Source of the DNA: an uncultured Candidatus Binatia bacterium
GTDB taxonomy: Bacteria > Desulfobacterota > Binatia > UBA9968 > JAJDTQ01
NCBI GenBank assembly: GCA_964291295.2
Contig: OZ219754.1
Coordinates: forward strand, 3,168,001 to 3,232,000
Length of the DNA: 64,000 bases
Direction: 5' to 3'
Shown piece after piece: positions 62,213 to 64,000 of the stretch. Position 1 is the first letter of the stretch. The number at the start of each line of letters is the position of its first letter. The position numbers and the translations under genes were made by a program. Under the pieces are notes generated by a model, which saw nothing but the letters and a program-made list of their open reading frames with translations, was not told the DNA's origin and did no database searches.

Positions 62213-63435
62213 CGCGAGACCTCCACGACAGTGCCGAACGGCTCCTTGCGTTTGCCCCGATCAAGAAGCCGGTCCAGGAAACGGTGAATCGGCCGATAGA
62301 GTTCCGTCTCGGGTGTCTGAGGAACCGGGTGTCCACCGACCGAGATGTCCGACCGGCCCTTCGGCAGAAAACGGGCGGGCAGAAACGACAGCACCGCGAC
62401 CGGGGTGTCGCCGCATTCGTGGATATGAATGAATAGCGGACTCGCGCGCCGGTCGAGTTCCTGATCTTGCGGACCGACCTGCGCGTCTCGCCCTTTCCCG
62501 TAGTTGTGAGGAAGTCCGAACACGATTCGCCGGGGATGTTGGTCCCGTTCGTGAGGCTTCCTCTTCATCAGGTCGTGATCGTCCTGGAACTCCTTCTCCG
62601 AGTCGGAGCCGAAAACTTTTCCCCCACGTCCCCAACTCCGATATCGCATGAACTCGCGCCCCACGCGATCCAGCAGTTCCATGGGTCGAGTTTCTTTATT
62701 GTCGCTCGGGACGAGAACATGCCGCGACTGCCCGGACAGCGCGGTGTACTCCGGCAGACCGGCCGCACTGTGATTGCGCAGGAGGTCCGCGAGGGCGTCG
62801 TGCAAATCAGGCAAGGTCTGCGGAGGACTCCATTGCGACTCCCCATCCACACGCAGCGACCGGATGACAAGCGAACCGTAGCCCTTTCGACTCTTGGCGC
62901 CCAGGCCTCCCTGGGTTCCGAGACATGCAAGGGCATCGATCAGCGAGCGCCGGTGTTCGTCCCCGTCCGGCCCATCCTCCCGAATCCGCATACGGACGGT
63001 GAACTCGAACGGCGCCCGAAGGCAGGCGCGGGCAAGTTCACCAGCCCTGGTGCCCTTGTTCCTGCTTTCAAACGCTTCCATGACCCCGTAGCCGAGATAA
63101 CGTGCACCCTCGCCGACCACCGGCCCTGGCCTTGCATCGGCCCGGGATGCGGTAAGTACCTCACCCTTCTTGACGACACTTGGGGGAACGAAATCCGGGG
63201 AAAGACGCATGGACACCCGGGACTGCCTGCCACTCGCGCTGCCAAACAGATTGTCCTCATGTTCCCGGACTCTCCGAAGGTCTCCACCGAACCGTGACCA
63301 TGCCAGCGCTCGCCACCAGAAGCGCAGCACTCCCTTGAAGCTCGCCAAGCGGAGCTCAGCATGTCGCTCGGGGTCGGCGCCGCCGCAGAACATCGGGGTG
63401 ACGACGCGGCAGGTGGCTTCAATCTCGGTCGTCAT
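62209..63435 (-). CDS. cmr1: Type III-B RAMP protein Cmr1
   Basis: 'VTPMFCGGA', 'SFKGVLRFWWRA', 'GGLGAKSRKGYG', 'FGLP', 'RRASPL'. Confidence 0.92.
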   Translation of the reverse strand: MTTEIEATCRVVTPMFCGGADPERHAELRLASFKGVLRFWWRALAWSRFGGDLRRVREHEDNLFGSASGRQSRVSMRLSPDFVPPSVVKKGEVLTASRADARPGPVVGEGARYLGYGVMEAFESRNKGTRAGELARACLRAPFEFTVRMRIREDGPDGDEHRRSLIDALACLGTQGGLGAKSRKGYGSLVIRSLRVDGESQWSPPQTLPDLHDALADLLRNHSAAGLPEYTALSGQSRHVLVPSDNKETRPMELLDRVGREFMRYRSWGRGGKVFGSDSEKEFQDDHDLMKRKPHERDQHPRRIVFGLPHNYGKGRDAQVGPQDQELDRRASPLFIHIHECGDTPVAVLSFLPARFLPKGRSDISVGGHPVPQTPETELYRPIHRFLDRLLDRGKRKEPFGTVVEVSR

Positions 63436-64000
63436 CGCTGCCCTCAAGGGAATCGAGCCAGAACGGCTCACCTGACTGGTATGGATCGACCTCCTGTTGC
63501 TGTGTCGGTCGACGGTCGATCAGACCGAAGCGGTAAACCGGGCAGGCCAGGGAACGCGCCTTGCCAGCCAGCTTTTCGGCGCCGAGACCCATGAGTGTCG
63601 TCCCGCCCGTGACGTTCACGAACACTTCGGCGGGACCGATGAAATGCTCGCGAGCCGCCTTGGCGATCCGCTTGATTTCGGCGACGCCGCCGGCAAAGGC
63701 GTCGTCCAGGACCAGCGGTTTGCAATTGCCCGTGAATCCGGCGCGCCCGAGTGACTCCGCAATCATTCCCCTGGTCTCATGCGAACAGATGACCAAGCAC
63801 AGCGCCGGCTCGCCACGCTGCTCCCGCACGGCCTGCACCGCGCTGAACAGCACGCCGGGGCGCCGGCCGATGGGACTGACCAGCACGCGGCGGCCGAAAG
63901 ACTCGCCCATGGACAGGGAAATGGCGGGGGATGAGCGAAATGTGTATTTCCAGCTTTCCAGTACGCGCTTGCGCGTGGCTTCGACCTTCTTGCCTTGAAC
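63419..64000 (-). CDS. CRISPR-associated protein with C-terminal CARF-like domain (5' end outside the window)
   Basis: Frame is open from 64000; 'LVSPIGRRPG' and 'VNVTGGT' CARF-like motifs; stop overlaps cmr1 start. Confidence 0.7.
   Translation of the reverse strand, partial: VQGKKVEATRKRVLESWKYTFRSSPAISLSMGESFGRRVLVSPIGRRPGVLFSAVQAVREQRGEPALCLVICSHETRGMIAESLGRAGFTGNCKPLVLDDAFAGGVAEIKRIAKAAREHFIGPAEVFVNVTGGTTLMGLGAEKLAGKARSLACPVYRFGLIDRRPTQQQEVDPYQSGEPFWLDSLEGSDDDRD

Overview
High-GC bacterial window alternating between intact catabolic/housekeeping blocks and accessory defence/mobile DNA. Left to right: a surface cassette (lipoprotein with Asp-rich tail, inverse-autotransporter-like protein, divergent membrane LuxR); RidA and CmcJ-like genes; a decayed island (type IIG/ISP-like R-M pseudogene, PIN toxin pair, broken tyrosine integrase, ISAs1 remnant, large sacsin-like ATPase/DUF3883 gene); higB and higA split by an IS1634-family element; a helicase IV-like gene; transport and amidohydrolase genes; a truncated hsdM next to a TIR/SLOG/TIR operon; an acyl-CoA catabolic cluster containing a UGSC selenoprotein that the ORF track splits at an in-frame TGA followed by a SECIS-like hairpin; an Rpn gene bracketed by two inverted IS630 3' ends; glnS-YqeY, a ferritin-like gene and a VUT transporter; and a type III-B (Cmr1-6) CRISPR effector operon preceded by a CARF-like gene that runs off the right edge. 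No CRISPR array, tRNA or rRNA was seen. All family calls come from recognising motifs by eye; no database searches were run.
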